This document shows, in pieces, positions 47,261 through 58,368 of a stretch of DNA of 64,000 bases. The stretch covers positions 1,760,001-1,824,000 of the forward strand of contig OY970364.1 in assembly GCA_963718565.1 (NCBI GenBank). The letters are read 5' to 3'. The notes beneath the pieces are model-generated. The model did no database searches and was not told the DNA's origin. It saw nothing but the letters and a program-made list of their open reading frames with translations. This stretch comes from an uncultured Verrucomicrobiae bacterium. GTDB lineage: Bacteria > Chlamydiota > Chlamydiia > Chlamydiales > Rhabdochlamydiaceae. Within the stretch, counting starts at the first letter, position 1. Each line of letters starts with the position of its first letter. The position numbers were made by a program, and so were the translations under genes.

Positions 47261-49420
47261 TTAAAGATAGCTACGGATGGAACTAATTGTCAGCTCATCT
47301 CCTTGCACAACAAATTTATCTCCGATCGACTTTCCAGTTAAGGATTGAGCAAGTTTAGATTGGAACGAGAGGATATTTTTTTCAGGATCAGCATCCCAGG
47401 GGCCAAGAAGAGTATAAGTAATCTTTTCCCCTTTCTTATTCGTACATTCAGCGATGACGCCAATGCCAATCTCACGTGTTACAATATCGTCTTTGGTAAT
47501 GATGCGTGCGCGATTGAGTTGATCGGAAAGAAATTTGAGCTCTGATTGCAAGCGATCGCGCTTTTCAAGGGCTGCTTTAAATTCAGCATTTTCTCGCAAA
47601 TCGCCATGAGCGCGGGCAATCTCAATTTCTTTCGCATTTTGCACGGTTTCCACGGTGGCGATCTGTTGGATACGCTGCTGCAGCTTTTGATAACCTTCAG
47701 AGGTTGTCCAAATGACTTGCTCTTCTTGCGTGACTGATGGTTGTAATTTTTTGCGCGACTTAGCAAGAGAAGGGTGGGCAACTTCAGCAAGAGAATGGAA
47801 AATTTTTTGATCATGGTCGCTCAAGGAATGGCATTTTGAAGCGAGCAACAAGAATTCTTTAACGTCTTCAGTAGAGGATTCTTGCATCATTTGTCGTACA
47901 ATCACAAAGCGGCCGCCGGAGAGAAGGGCATGGATTTTTTTGACCATTTCGCGCTGTTCAGGATTATTTTCAATGTGGCTCAAGAGAATGAGAAGGCCTT
48001 CGAAAAATCGTGTCTTTCCTTGTTTGTCACTAAATGGAATTTTGTTTTGAGTTTGGAGTTTTTGAAAATACCACATGAAGGCTTCAGGATAACGAGCTGG
48101 ATGTGTGTAAAGGTCTTGAAATTTTTGTTTGAGTTCAGCGTTGAGTCCAGCAGAGGTTAATTCGGAAAGAATGTAATCTCTAAGTTGTGCTTGATCGACT
48201 TTAAACAATAAATCGAGAAAGCTTTCTTTCCAATCATCCCGATGTTTTCGTACTTCCATCAGTACGCGTTTTTTGAAACTAAGCACTTCGATGTTATTGA
48301 TGATCTGTTCCGCTGTTTCGAAACGTTTGATAATTTCAGGGATAACAGGATAGTCTTTAACATTGTTGAGATCTTGCAAGAAGAAATGGATTTGGAGTTC
48401 CTGAGAAGAGTTGATTTCTTTAAAAGAGAGGATCTCCGTTAATTTTGTGATCAACGTCGCTTTGAACTCACTGTTCTTGAGCGTTTCTGGAAAATCTCTC
48501 AAGAATGTGTAGACCATTTGAATGAGCGTATTAGCATCTGGCTTATTTTCCAGAACCTGCTGCAGGCGTTCTTCATGGGTCACTTCGATCTTAAGAATGC
48601 GGAACGGTTCTCGAATATCATCAGGGGTTGCAATCATCGTGTCTTTTTTTACTTTGGCCCTCGCCGTTTGCCACCAGCGCGTCCATTCATTGACGGGAAT
48701 CACGAGATCGCAGAGCTCATCTTTAATTTCAGCAGCCGTTTTAGGCCCAAGGTCGCGGAGCAGCATCCGGATGACTTCGACCGGACTTTCCTTGGCTTTC
48801 TTTTCGAGAAGGTCGGGATTGCCAAATCTTAGCGAGAGGAAATGATCATCGGGAATAGGAATTAAAGTTTTGAAAGCAGTTGCGAACGAGAGCTCCTTCT
48901 TCCCGGGAACGTAATCGAACTCTAAACTCAGCTGTTCGCGGACGACAGAAACATCGACAATTTCGCCGACTCCCCACCCGCCGGTGTGAAACACAAACTT
49001 CCCTTTTTCCATATGCGAGAGGAGTTCATAGTTGCTAATCACTCCCTGACACTTGTCTCTGCCGCGCAACCCGATCAGGCGAATCTTGTCGTTAAAATAT
49101 TTTTGATCCCCGTAGCGTTTCCTCAAATAATTATAGGCAAGTTCGATAAGATGTTCGCTGTTGCTTGTCTGGATATCAAAAATGAGTTTAATCGTTTCAT
49201 GAGATAAGAGATCTTCTGGAAGTTTTTGCCATAAGGGGAGAATTCTATCTACATGGCGTCCAAATGGTTCCGCAATATCAGAGAATTTAACGGCGCGTAG
49301 GATGTCGCAGAGCTCTTCCGCTTCCACTTCGTCTCCCGAACAGTATTCTTCCCAAAGTTTCAGGAAGGAGGGATAGTCGTGATTAGCGATGTGAGTCTGA
49401 AAGTCCTTTAGATAACTCAT
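47261..49420 (-). CDS. greA: Chlamydial long-form transcription elongation factor GreA
   Basis: C-terminal ARAHGDLRENAEF and LGPWDADPE..LSFQSKLA behind a long N-terminal domain; start ATG 49420 likely. Confidence 0.92.
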   Translation of the reverse strand: MSYLKDFQTHIANHDYPSFLKLWEEYCSGDEVEAEELCDILRAVKFSDIAEPFGRHVDRILPLWQKLPEDLLSHETIKLIFDIQTSNSEHLIELAYNYLRKRYGDQKYFNDKIRLIGLRGRDKCQGVISNYELLSHMEKGKFVFHTGGWGVGEIVDVSVVREQLSLEFDYVPGKKELSFATAFKTLIPIPDDHFLSLRFGNPDLLEKKAKESPVEVIRMLLRDLGPKTAAEIKDELCDLVIPVNEWTRWWQTARAKVKKDTMIATPDDIREPFRILKIEVTHEERLQQVLENKPDANTLIQMVYTFLRDFPETLKNSEFKATLITKLTEILSFKEINSSQELQIHFFLQDLNNVKDYPVIPEIIKRFETAEQIINNIEVLSFKKRVLMEVRKHRDDWKESFLDLLFKVDQAQLRDYILSELTSAGLNAELKQKFQDLYTHPARYPEAFMWYFQKLQTQNKIPFSDKQGKTRFFEGLLILLSHIENNPEQREMVKKIHALLSGGRFVIVRQMMQESSTEDVKEFLLLASKCHSLSDHDQKIFHSLAEVAHPSLAKSRKKLQPSVTQEEQVIWTTSEGYQKLQQRIQQIATVETVQNAKEIEIARAHGDLRENAEFKAALEKRDRLQSELKFLSDQLNRARIITKDDIVTREIGIGVIAECTNKKGEKITYTLLGPWDADPEKNILSFQSKLAQSLTGKSIGDKFVVQGDELTISSIRSYL

Positions 49421-49498
49421 GGATGTTCCTTGCTGTGAGTGAATGTGAAATGCAGGCATATTCTTTCCTTAGAGTCTGTCTGTGAAAAGCTATTATTA

Positions 49499-49519
49499 GA
49501 GGAGTTTTGCAATTCCCTC
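49499..49519. repeat. Family A collapsed footprint
   Basis: ATTA-gaggagttttgcaattccctc-ATTA. Confidence 0.8.
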
Positions 49520-49745
49520 ATTAGACAATTTTTAAAAGATCGCCTTTATTAACCTTAAGTCTCGATTTTCTCAAAAAACAGATCGATGCTTTCTAGCATT
49601 TACCGAGTATAGGTCGGCCTGTAATTATCTTCAATTAAAACCCTAAGTCAGCCCAGGAAGAGGTTTCTTGCCAAAAACAAACTTTCTCTTTAACTTTCTC
49701 CCTTGATTCGATTCGAATTTTCTCTTTGTCTCAAATGCTTAGAGT

Positions 49746-51929
49746 GTGTTGGTGAATTTTTTCTTACGAAAATCTGTTATTCTCTTTTTATTCAGCTGTA
49801 TTAGGGTTGCAGCCCTCGATCCGTTTCCTGAAGGCAGGGTTCTTTTTGAGCCTGAAGAGACCACGCTCTTTCGCGATCTAGAACTCATTAGAAAAATCGA
49901 TGCTAAAATTACAGATGAATTGCCCATTTTCTATGATTATTCGATGGTCGTGGGATATTTTAATATGCCGTCTGCGCGCATGATGAAAACAGGTGTCTTA
50001 GGTGTTGGCGCGGCTGCTGTAAAACCCTACAATATTTACGGCGCCAACTTTCAAATGTTCGACCGCTTAGAATTTGCTTTGAACTATCGTGTTTATCGAG
50101 GAATGATCGAACGTAACTTTGGACATGAAGGATTTGGGGATGATGCTGACCGGATCGGAAATGTTAAATTAGGCCTGCTCACATTGCAAGATGGTTTTCC
50201 CAGCTTGCCGCAAATTTCTATTGGTGTGGAAGATTTTATTGGGACGAAAAGGTTCAACTCAAAATATATTGTGGGAACAAAACAGTTTCTCGACTGGAAT
50301 CTCGAATGCTCATTAGGCTGGGGAAAGGGAAGAATAAAAGGGTTTTTTGGCGGTCTTGCCTGGAGTCCATTTCGAAAGTGGGATATCCCTGTTTTAAAAG
50401 AGATCTCATTTCTTGCAGAATGGGATGCGATCAATTATAAAAAACATCCTCATGAACACCCTTCCGGAAGAAAGGTAAAATCACGGGTCAATGGCGGGGT
50501 TTCTTTTCTCGGTTGGGATACACTCCAATTTTCCGTAAGTTCTGTCCGCGGGACCGAGATCGCAGCTTCGGGCTCATTGCGCTACCCTATTGGAACGACA
50601 AATGGGTTTTTCCCAAAAATGGGCGATCCTGTTCCCTATCAATCCCCCATCGATACCGAGCCGCTGGGGGTTGTGCGCAACGAGCAAGATTTTTCTCAAG
50701 AGCTCGCGTATGCATTGAGTGACCAGGGACTCGATTTGTATTCTGCCTTTCTAGAATACGATGAAGCGGGTCAAAAAGAACTTTGGTTGAAAATCGTCAA
50801 TAACCGCTATCGCGAAGAACGTATTGTCCGCGAACGGGTCCAGCATGTTCTCGTGGCGCTGACTCCTTCCGATGTGAAAACAATCATTGTCATCATCGAA
50901 GCTGATGCTCTCCCGTGCCAAGCTTATCGCTATCGTAATGAAGATCTCAAACGGTGGCGGCTAGGCCAGATCAGCGATTTCGAGTTGGAAACAGTTTCTC
51001 CCATGCGGGAAGCTCCTCTCATGCCAAGCGAATACGACGCTGCTAAAATCTTCCAAAGGCGCAAAAGGATCTGGACATTTACCGTTCGTCCGCGTTTATT
51101 AACATTTTTTGGCAGCACTTCTGGAAAATTTAAATATAATTTCAGCGCAGTTGCTTCTCCAGAAGGGTATATATTAGACCAAGTGTACTACAAATTTCAG
51201 GTCAGCTATTCCATTAAATCGAGTATGCAAGGACTTGGCGGTCCAGACCGCGCTAATCCTTCTCGATTGCTGATCGTGCGCACAGATTCATTAAAGTATT
51301 TTCAAACCAATACATTTTCGATGGAACAAGCTTATTTCCAAAAGGGATGGAATCTTGGAAAAGGATGGTTCTATCGGCTCGCTCTGGGATATTTCGAAGC
51401 GGCATATGGCGGCGCTGCCACGGAATTGCTCTATTATCCGGTTAATTCCCGTTGGGCAATCGGCGCAGAATTTGCCGCTATCCCCAAACGGCATTACCAC
51501 GGCATCGGGTTTAAAAGAACGACGCTTCAATTAAGAGGAGATCGCTATGTTAAGGAGCCTTTTGTCGGCATCCAATATTTTTTAGACTTTTACTATGATT
51601 ACAAACCTTTGAACATGGATTTGCTCCTGTCCGCCGGCCAATTTCTTGCCAAAGACAAAGGAATCCGGATCGATATTGGGCGTTACTTCAAAAGCGGGAT
51701 GCGTTTTTCACTGTGGTGCACCTTCACTAACGGACATGATCACGTCAATGGCCACACCTATTTTGACAAGGGTTTCGCTTTCATTATCCCCCTCGATATT
51801 TTCTTAAAACAAAGCAGCCGCAATTACATCAGTTACGCGATGGCGGCATGGCTTAGAGATGTAGGGGCTCGCGCTGAAACAGGCAAGAAACTTTATTGGA
51901 CCTTAGAAGAGGAGAGATATGATTATTGA
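49746..51929 (+). CDS. YjbH/GfcD-family outer-membrane protein
   Basis: GYFNMPSARM, PQISIGVEDFIGT, GYFEAAYGG..E.LYYP, AGQFLAKDKG, DKGFAFIIPLD. Confidence 0.8.
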   Translation: MLVNFFLRKSVILFLFSCIRVAALDPFPEGRVLFEPEETTLFRDLELIRKIDAKITDELPIFYDYSMVVGYFNMPSARMMKTGVLGVGAAAVKPYNIYGANFQMFDRLEFALNYRVYRGMIERNFGHEGFGDDADRIGNVKLGLLTLQDGFPSLPQISIGVEDFIGTKRFNSKYIVGTKQFLDWNLECSLGWGKGRIKGFFGGLAWSPFRKWDIPVLKEISFLAEWDAINYKKHPHEHPSGRKVKSRVNGGVSFLGWDTLQFSVSSVRGTEIAASGSLRYPIGTTNGFFPKMGDPVPYQSPIDTEPLGVVRNEQDFSQELAYALSDQGLDLYSAFLEYDEAGQKELWLKIVNNRYREERIVRERVQHVLVALTPSDVKTIIVIIEADALPCQAYRYRNEDLKRWRLGQISDFELETVSPMREAPLMPSEYDAAKIFQRRKRIWTFTVRPRLLTFFGSTSGKFKYNFSAVASPEGYILDQVYYKFQVSYSIKSSMQGLGGPDRANPSRLLIVRTDSLKYFQTNTFSMEQAYFQKGWNLGKGWFYRLALGYFEAAYGGAATELLYYPVNSRWAIGAEFAAIPKRHYHGIGFKRTTLQLRGDRYVKEPFVGIQYFLDFYYDYKPLNMDLLLSAGQFLAKDKGIRIDIGRYFKSGMRFSLWCTFTNGHDHVNGHTYFDKGFAFIIPLDIFLKQSSRNYISYAMAAWLRDVGARAETGKKLYWTLEEERYDY

Positions 51930-52011
51930 GGGAATGTTTTCTCTTGATTGAACGAGAAGAATATGCCACCCTTAGAGACGTTCTCTTTTTTTTAATCTTG
52001 AGGTCGTCGAA

Positions 52012-53658
52012 ATGATAGAAGGCTACGAGGAATTCACTGAGAGCCAAATAAAAATTTTACAACGTTATGTGACCAATACTTCCAGCAATATCTTTGCTCT
52101 TCGCAATCTTCCTGAAGTGATTAAGGGAGCGCTTTTTTCCCGCTATTCGCGATCAAGCCTTGGCTTGAGGTCATTGCTATTAAAAGATTTTATTCTGAAT
52201 GAAGAAACGGCTTTTAATGCCATCGCTGGCACTCATACCGGTGAGCAAGCGGAACATGAGCTTGAAGACCAGATCATGGCGATTAAAAAAGCGCAAAACT
52301 TTTACGATCGTATTTTAGACGGGTATGGCGATGATTCCATTGGCGAATTAGGAGGAGCCCATTTGGCAATTGAGAATGTCTCAATGATCGCGGCCAAAAT
52401 TGTTGAAGATTGCCGCATTGGCGGTTCTCCTTTGGAAAAATCGACCCGGTATATTTACTTCGATCAAAAAGTGGATGGAGAATACCTTTACTTTCGTGAA
52501 CCGATCCTGATGACGTCGGCCTTTCGTGAGTCTTATCTTAACACATGTAATTATCTTTTCGAAACTTACTCTTCCTTAATTCCTCCCTTGACTGACCTGA
52601 TGGAGAAAAAGTTTCCGAAGGAACACGACGTTTCCAAAGTCGCTTACACCGCTGCCTTGCGCGCAAAAGTCCTCGATTGTTTACGAGGCTTGCTCCCAGC
52701 AAGTGCTTTGACCAATATGGGCATGTACGGCAATGGGCGCTTCTTTGAAAGTTTAATTCAGAAGCTCAATGGTCACAACCTCGCAGAGATGCAAGATGTC
52801 GGACGAAAGTCTTTTCAAGAACTATCGAAAGTGATCCCTTCCTTCATCCGACGTGGCGATTCTACACATAAATATCAACGGTCATTTTCTCAATTCCAAG
52901 AGCAAATGAGCAACGACCTCAAACTGCTTGCTGATCGCCATACTCCTTCGATTGCCAAAATGCAGAATACAGGTGTCCGCTTGATCAACTACGACCCCGA
53001 AAGTCCTGCTAAAATCGCTGCGGCCTTACTTTTCGAACATTGTGATGCTGGCCTGCACGAACTGCAAGAATACTGCCGCACTCTCCCCGAAGAGGAGCTC
53101 AATCGTATCCTCGACTCTGCGTCCAATTTTAGGGAAAGCCGACGTCATAAATCTCCGCGGGCCCTAGAACATGCACCCTTTGCCTTTGAGATCGTTGCCG
53201 ACTTTGGCATCTACCGCGATCTTCATCGTCATCGCATGCTTACCCAAGAGCGGCAGCTGCTTTCTTGCGATTTTGGTTATTTCGTTCCCCATGAGATTTT
53301 AAATACAGAGATGGAAAAACAGTATCGCGAAGCGATGGACGAGGCCAAAAAAGTTTATGAGCTGATCGCAGAAGAACTTCCCGAAGAAGCTCAGTACGTG
53401 GTGCCCATGGCATACAATATGCACTGGTATTTCCATGTGAATTTGCGTTCGCTTCAATGGCTGTGTGAGCTCCGGTCATCCCCAGCTGGGCATCCCAGTT
53501 ACCGTTTTATTGCCCAAGAATTGGCCAAGCAGGTTTCCAAAGTCTTCCCTTCTTTTGAAAGATTTTTCAAATTCGTGGATTACGAAGGTTATGAACTCGG
53601 AAGACTTGGGCAAGAGATTCGCATCATTGAAAAACGGTTAGCAAGGACATCTTCTTAG
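52012..53658 (+). CDS. thyX: FAD-dependent thymidylate synthase, double-domain chlamydial type
   Basis: LFSRYSRS, GYGDDSIGE, LEKSTRY, RDLHRHR, ELRS..AGHPSYR. Confidence 0.9.
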   Translation: MIEGYEEFTESQIKILQRYVTNTSSNIFALRNLPEVIKGALFSRYSRSSLGLRSLLLKDFILNEETAFNAIAGTHTGEQAEHELEDQIMAIKKAQNFYDRILDGYGDDSIGELGGAHLAIENVSMIAAKIVEDCRIGGSPLEKSTRYIYFDQKVDGEYLYFREPILMTSAFRESYLNTCNYLFETYSSLIPPLTDLMEKKFPKEHDVSKVAYTAALRAKVLDCLRGLLPASALTNMGMYGNGRFFESLIQKLNGHNLAEMQDVGRKSFQELSKVIPSFIRRGDSTHKYQRSFSQFQEQMSNDLKLLADRHTPSIAKMQNTGVRLINYDPESPAKIAAALLFEHCDAGLHELQEYCRTLPEEELNRILDSASNFRESRRHKSPRALEHAPFAFEIVADFGIYRDLHRHRMLTQERQLLSCDFGYFVPHEILNTEMEKQYREAMDEAKKVYELIAEELPEEAQYVVPMAYNMHWYFHVNLRSLQWLCELRSSPAGHPSYRFIAQELAKQVSKVFPSFERFFKFVDYEGYELGRLGQEIRIIEKRLARTSS

Positions 53659-53659
53659 G

Positions 53660-54919
53660 ATGGGTCAGAAACAAGGAAGTGTGATCGGGGGCATGCTGCT
53701 CATTGCCGGAAGCTGCATCGGTGCGGGAATGCTCGGGTTGCCAATTGTCACGGGAATTTCAGGTTTTTTTCCTTCATTAGCCATGTTTTTTTGCGCCTGG
53801 GTATTTATGACCTCAACCGCATTGTTGCTTGTTGAGGCCAACAGCTGGTTTTCGCGACGGGTCAATCTATTGTCAATGACGGAACATGCTCTTGGAAAAT
53901 GGGGAAAAGGGGTCTGTTGGATCACTTATCTTTTTCTGTTCTATGCCCTGCTTGTCGCCTATATTTCAGGTATTGGGAATTTGTGCAGCACATTCTTTAA
54001 ATTCAATGTTCACATCTCTTTTCCAGAGTGGTTGGGAAGTGTTATCTTTGTTCTGGTATTCGGATGGGTCATCTATCTTGGGACACGCAAAGTCGATCTG
54101 TTCAATCGCGGACTCATGGTAGGGAAGATCGGGTTTTTTGTTCTTCTTGCCTTTGTCGGCGTCTCTTATGTGAAACCCTGGCTGCTACTGCGAACGGCTC
54201 CCATTTACGCTCCTTCAGCGCTTCCTCTTTTGGTCATTGCCTTCGGATTTCATAACATGATCCCTAGTTTGACGGCATATCTGAATGGCGATCTAAAAAA
54301 AGTTCGGATCACAATTATTGGCGGAAGTTTAATGGCCTTTGTGATTTATCTGATTTGGGAAATTCTCGTCCTCGGCATTGTCCCGATGGGTGGGGTCAAC
54401 GGCTTGCTCTACAGTCTAACTAAAGATCAAGAAGCGTCTCAATCGATCGCAGCGATGATCAGCTCTCCTGCTGTGCGGATCTTTTCACAGGGACTGGCCT
54501 TTTTTGCGATTTTGACTTCATTTCTTGCCCAAGCTTTAAGTCTTGTCCATTTCTTGGCTGATGGATTCAAGATCAGTGGTAAAAAACGAGAAAATATCGG
54601 CTGTAGCATCCTTGGCCTTTTTCCTCCTCTTCTCCTCTCGATGATTTACCCCAAACTATTTTTTAAAGCCCTCAACTTTGCAGGCGGTGTATGCGCGACA
54701 ATCCTTTTTGGGCTTCTTCCTGTGGCTATGGTCTGGGTCGGACGCTATCGCAAAGCGACACCTGCAAATTACCAAGTGTCTGGGGGCAAACCTGTTTTGG
54801 TGATGATTTTTTGTTTTGCATTGTTTATCCTGTTTTTACAACTTTCGACAATGATCGGAGCTCGCTATATCCCAAAAATTCCTAATGACTACCTCACTAT
54901 GAGCGAGCAGAAGATCTGA
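53660..54919 (+). CDS. tyrP: Aromatic amino acid (Tyr/Trp) permease
   Basis: LLIAGSCIGAGMLGLP, AFGFHNMIPSL, FAILTSFL. Confidence 0.88.
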   Translation: MGQKQGSVIGGMLLIAGSCIGAGMLGLPIVTGISGFFPSLAMFFCAWVFMTSTALLLVEANSWFSRRVNLLSMTEHALGKWGKGVCWITYLFLFYALLVAYISGIGNLCSTFFKFNVHISFPEWLGSVIFVLVFGWVIYLGTRKVDLFNRGLMVGKIGFFVLLAFVGVSYVKPWLLLRTAPIYAPSALPLLVIAFGFHNMIPSLTAYLNGDLKKVRITIIGGSLMAFVIYLIWEILVLGIVPMGGVNGLLYSLTKDQEASQSIAAMISSPAVRIFSQGLAFFAILTSFLAQALSLVHFLADGFKISGKKRENIGCSILGLFPPLLLSMIYPKLFFKALNFAGGVCATILFGLLPVAMVWVGRYRKATPANYQVSGGKPVLVMIFCFALFILFLQLSTMIGARYIPKIPNDYLTMSEQKI

Positions 54920-56920
54920 ATGGGGATGTTCCACTTAAAAACTGAATTTTCTCCGCGTGGAGACCAGCCTCAAGCGATCGAACGTATCGTTAGCGGAATT
55001 CAATCGGGCAAAAAATCGCAAGTCTTATTAGGTGTGACAGGTTCAGGAAAGACATTCACGATGGCAAATGTCATTGATCGCATCAAGCGACCTGCCCTGA
55101 TCATTGCGCATAACAAAACTTTAGCAGCACAACTTTATCAAGAATTTAAATCTTTCTTTCCTGACAATGCCGTTGAGTACTTTGTTTCCTATTATGATTA
55201 TTACCAGCCGGAAGCTTATATTGCCCGCACCGATACCTACATCGAAAAGGACCTTGCTATCAACGATCAGATCGACCGAATGCGGCTCAGCGCCACACGT
55301 TCATTGATCGAGCGCAATGATGTGATCATCGTCTCCTCTGTCTCTTGTATCTATGGCTTAGGCTTGCCAGAATACTACGCCCAAATGTTGCTGATTTTTA
55401 AAGTGGGGGAAAAGCGCCGCCGCGATGATGCCTTACTTCACCTTGTTGAAATGCGTTACAAGCGCAGTGATCTTGACCTGATGCGTTCGACATTTCGCGC
55501 TCGCGGCGATATTCTTGAAATTTTGCCTGCCTATGAAGAAGACATTGCCTATCGGATCGAATTTTTCGGCGATGAGATCGATCGCATCAGCGAAATCGAT
55601 CCTCTCACAGGCAAAGTGCGGCAACGTTTAGAACAGGTCACCATCTATCCTGGATCTCACCATGTGACTCCCGAATCTGTCCGCCTTATTGCACTGGAAA
55701 CAATCAAAACGGAGCTCAAAGAGCGAGTCGCTTTCTATGAGAAAGAAAAACGTTACGTAGAGATGCAACGCATTCATCAACGCACGACCTACGACGCGGA
55801 GATGATCAAAGAAATCGGTTTTTGCAAAGGGGTCGAGAATTATTCCCGCCATTTCAGCCGCCGCTTGTCAGGGCAGCCCCCTCCTTGCCTTCTCGATTAT
55901 TTCCCTAAAGATTTTCTGCTATTTATCGATGAGTCCCATCAAACATTGCCGCAATTGCACGCGATGTACAACGGCGACCGTTCGCGCAAAGAATCGCTTG
56001 TCGAATTTGGTTTCCGTCTTCCTTCTGCTTTCGACAACCGTCCGTTGAAATTTGAAGAGGTTTACCAACGCATTGAGCAAGTCGTCTATGTCTCGGCCAC
56101 GCCTGGAATGTGGGAAGTCCAAGAAGCGCACGGGGATGTGATCCAGCAGATCATCCGGCCTACGGGGCTTCTCGATCCTGAAATCACAGTGAAACCTGCC
56201 GAGGCGCAAGTCGACGATTGTCTAGAGCAAATCCGCCAAGAAACCGAAAAAGGCGGCCGAGTCCTCGTCACGACACTCACTAAAAAACTCTCCGAAGATT
56301 TGAGTAAATATCTCACGGAGATTGGCGTCAAAGCAAAATATCTCCATTCGGACATCGAGACCCTTGAGCGCGTCCAAATCATCAATGATCTGCGTCGCGG
56401 CCAATTTGATGTCCTTGTCGGCATCAACTTATTGCGCGAAGGACTAGACATTCCGGAAGTGTCTCTGGTTTGCATCCTTGATGCCGATAAAGAAGGATTT
56501 TTACGGAGTGAGACTTCGTTGATCCAGACCTGCGGGAGAGCTGCGCGCAACCTCAATGGCCGTGTCATCATGTATGCCGACAAAATCACCAAATCGATTC
56601 AAAACACGCTCGACATTACTTGTGAAAGACGTGCCTTGCAAAAAAAATATAATGAAGAACATGGGATTACGCCTCACACAGTCCGACGCGGGCTCATTCA
56701 AGATCTTGCGGAAACTTTTGGCGAGGTTGTACAAACCCTCCAAGAAGAAGAAAAAGAAGTTCCCTCTCAACTTTCGGCAGATGAAGTGGAAGATAAAATC
56801 AAAGAATACGACATGGAAATGCGCCGTGCAGCCAAAGAGTTGCGTTTTGAAGATGCAGCCCATTTCCGCGATCTGCTAAGACATTATGAAAAGCTGCGCA
56901 TTCTGGAAGATAAGCTATGA
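54920..56920 (+). CDS. uvrB: Excinuclease ABC subunit B
   Basis: GVTGSGKT, YYDYYQPEAY, DESH, GINLLREGLD, C-terminal UVR coiled coil. Confidence 0.98.
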   Translation: MGMFHLKTEFSPRGDQPQAIERIVSGIQSGKKSQVLLGVTGSGKTFTMANVIDRIKRPALIIAHNKTLAAQLYQEFKSFFPDNAVEYFVSYYDYYQPEAYIARTDTYIEKDLAINDQIDRMRLSATRSLIERNDVIIVSSVSCIYGLGLPEYYAQMLLIFKVGEKRRRDDALLHLVEMRYKRSDLDLMRSTFRARGDILEILPAYEEDIAYRIEFFGDEIDRISEIDPLTGKVRQRLEQVTIYPGSHHVTPESVRLIALETIKTELKERVAFYEKEKRYVEMQRIHQRTTYDAEMIKEIGFCKGVENYSRHFSRRLSGQPPPCLLDYFPKDFLLFIDESHQTLPQLHAMYNGDRSRKESLVEFGFRLPSAFDNRPLKFEEVYQRIEQVVYVSATPGMWEVQEAHGDVIQQIIRPTGLLDPEITVKPAEAQVDDCLEQIRQETEKGGRVLVTTLTKKLSEDLSKYLTEIGVKAKYLHSDIETLERVQIINDLRRGQFDVLVGINLLREGLDIPEVSLVCILDADKEGFLRSETSLIQTCGRAARNLNGRVIMYADKITKSIQNTLDITCERRALQKKYNEEHGITPHTVRRGLIQDLAETFGEVVQTLQEEEKEVPSQLSADEVEDKIKEYDMEMRRAAKELRFEDAAHFRDLLRHYEKLRILEDKL

Positions 56921-58368
56921 CATCCAAAATGGTTTTCGGAAATCTCCGAGAGAAAATCACAGAAAATAGAACGATCGTCTCTCTTTTATCACTGTTATTC
57001 ATCATTTTCCCTTTCCAAAGAAGATTTCATGGATGCATAGATTCATGGTCAAGAAGGTTAGCTCTTCCCGACTTCCCTCTTCCTCCATTTTTTTCCAAAA
57101 AGATCCATCTCTTTATCACTGATCCACTCTTTGTCATCTTAGCGCTCATTCTTCTTTTCCGCTTTAAAGTCAGTTTCCGCGAGCTTTTTTGGGATGGTCC
57201 CTCTAAATATTTGACACTTCTTTTTTTCACAGCGTTGACTTCTCTCTATTTTTCTATCACAAGCCATTATGCGCTCCAATATTTGCGCCTCTTTCAATTT
57301 TCATTGATTTTTTTATTTTTTAATTCGATCTGTTGTGTTCGAAAAAGAATCGACTTGATCTCTTTCACTCATCAACTCGCCTGGATCCTCGTTATCGTTT
57401 CCTGTTTCCAGTGCGCTCTTGGCATTTATCAGTATTTCAATCAGCATTCCCTGGGCTTAAGCTTTTTGGGTGAGCTTAATATGCGCCATTTTCCCTTCCT
57501 CAATCCAGGAAAGCACAGGTGGCTTTTCGATAAATCCCAATCATGCGAGCTCTTATATCGCGCTAGCGGAACATTTACACATCCCAACATCTTAGGTGGA
57601 TTTCTGTTCTGCTCCGTTCTGGCGTCTTTTTATTTGTTCATTAAAACCGAGGCCAAACTTAAGCTCATCCTCTTAATCAGCGTGATTTGTTTGCAGGTCT
57701 TTACACTTTACGTTGTCTTTTCCCGTTCTGCAATCTTAGCGCTCGTTTTGACGATTTTTATCTGGGGAGTTCTTCAATACAAAGCTATCCTAAAACAGAA
57801 AGATTTTCGCTCTCCGGCAGTCCGTAGATTCGCAATCCTCGCTTCCACAATTCTTGTGAGCGGTGTGTTCGGCATCGTGCTTTTCTATTCGCAACTCACA
57901 GCAAGGGGCGGGATCATCAATTACAATGGTGTAACCAGTTATGCCGATTCAGAGCGCATTCAATACTTAAGAATGGCCATCGACATGATTAAAGAGCATC
58001 CTCTATTCGGCATTGGATTCAATAATTTTCAGCTCTATGAAGAGCCGATCCAGCCCGACTATCCCGGTCATGTTTTCTTTTCCAAGGTTCATAATATCTA
58101 TCTTCTCATCGCCTCTGAAATGGGCCTGATCAGCGGCGGGTTTTTTTTGCTCTTTATCTTTTCGATCTTAAAAAAGTCATGGAAGGGCATTTGGCAACAA
58201 GAAGGCTCTCAAGAAAGGATTTTTCTTCTTTCCGTCTTTTTGGGGTTATTGTTTATAGGCGCATGCGACTTTTATCTCGTCCACACCCCACACGGGAGAA
58301 TGTTATTTTTTGGCTTTGCTGCGCTGCTTTATTCTATTAATAAGACAGCGGAAGATAGATCATGTTAA
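56917..58368 (+). CDS. O-antigen ligase / Wzy_C-family membrane protein
   Basis: Many TM helices; RASGTFTHPNILG, FSRSA, HPLFGIGFNNF, VHNIYL..SEMG. Confidence 0.85.
   Translation: MTSKMVFGNLREKITENRTIVSLLSLLFIIFPFQRRFHGCIDSWSRRLALPDFPLPPFFSKKIHLFITDPLFVILALILLFRFKVSFRELFWDGPSKYLTLLFFTALTSLYFSITSHYALQYLRLFQFSLIFLFFNSICCVRKRIDLISFTHQLAWILVIVSCFQCALGIYQYFNQHSLGLSFLGELNMRHFPFLNPGKHRWLFDKSQSCELLYRASGTFTHPNILGGFLFCSVLASFYLFIKTEAKLKLILLISVICLQVFTLYVVFSRSAILALVLTIFIWGVLQYKAILKQKDFRSPAVRRFAILASTILVSGVFGIVLFYSQLTARGGIINYNGVTSYADSERIQYLRMAIDMIKEHPLFGIGFNNFQLYEEPIQPDYPGHVFFSKVHNIYLLIASEMGLISGGFFLLFIFSILKKSWKGIWQQEGSQERIFLLSVFLGLLFIGACDFYLVHTPHGRMLFFGFAALLYSINKTAEDRSC

Noticed and set aside
47261..53658. 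Oversized GreA and ThyX as novel fusions
   Set aside because: Both long forms are typical of chlamydiae.
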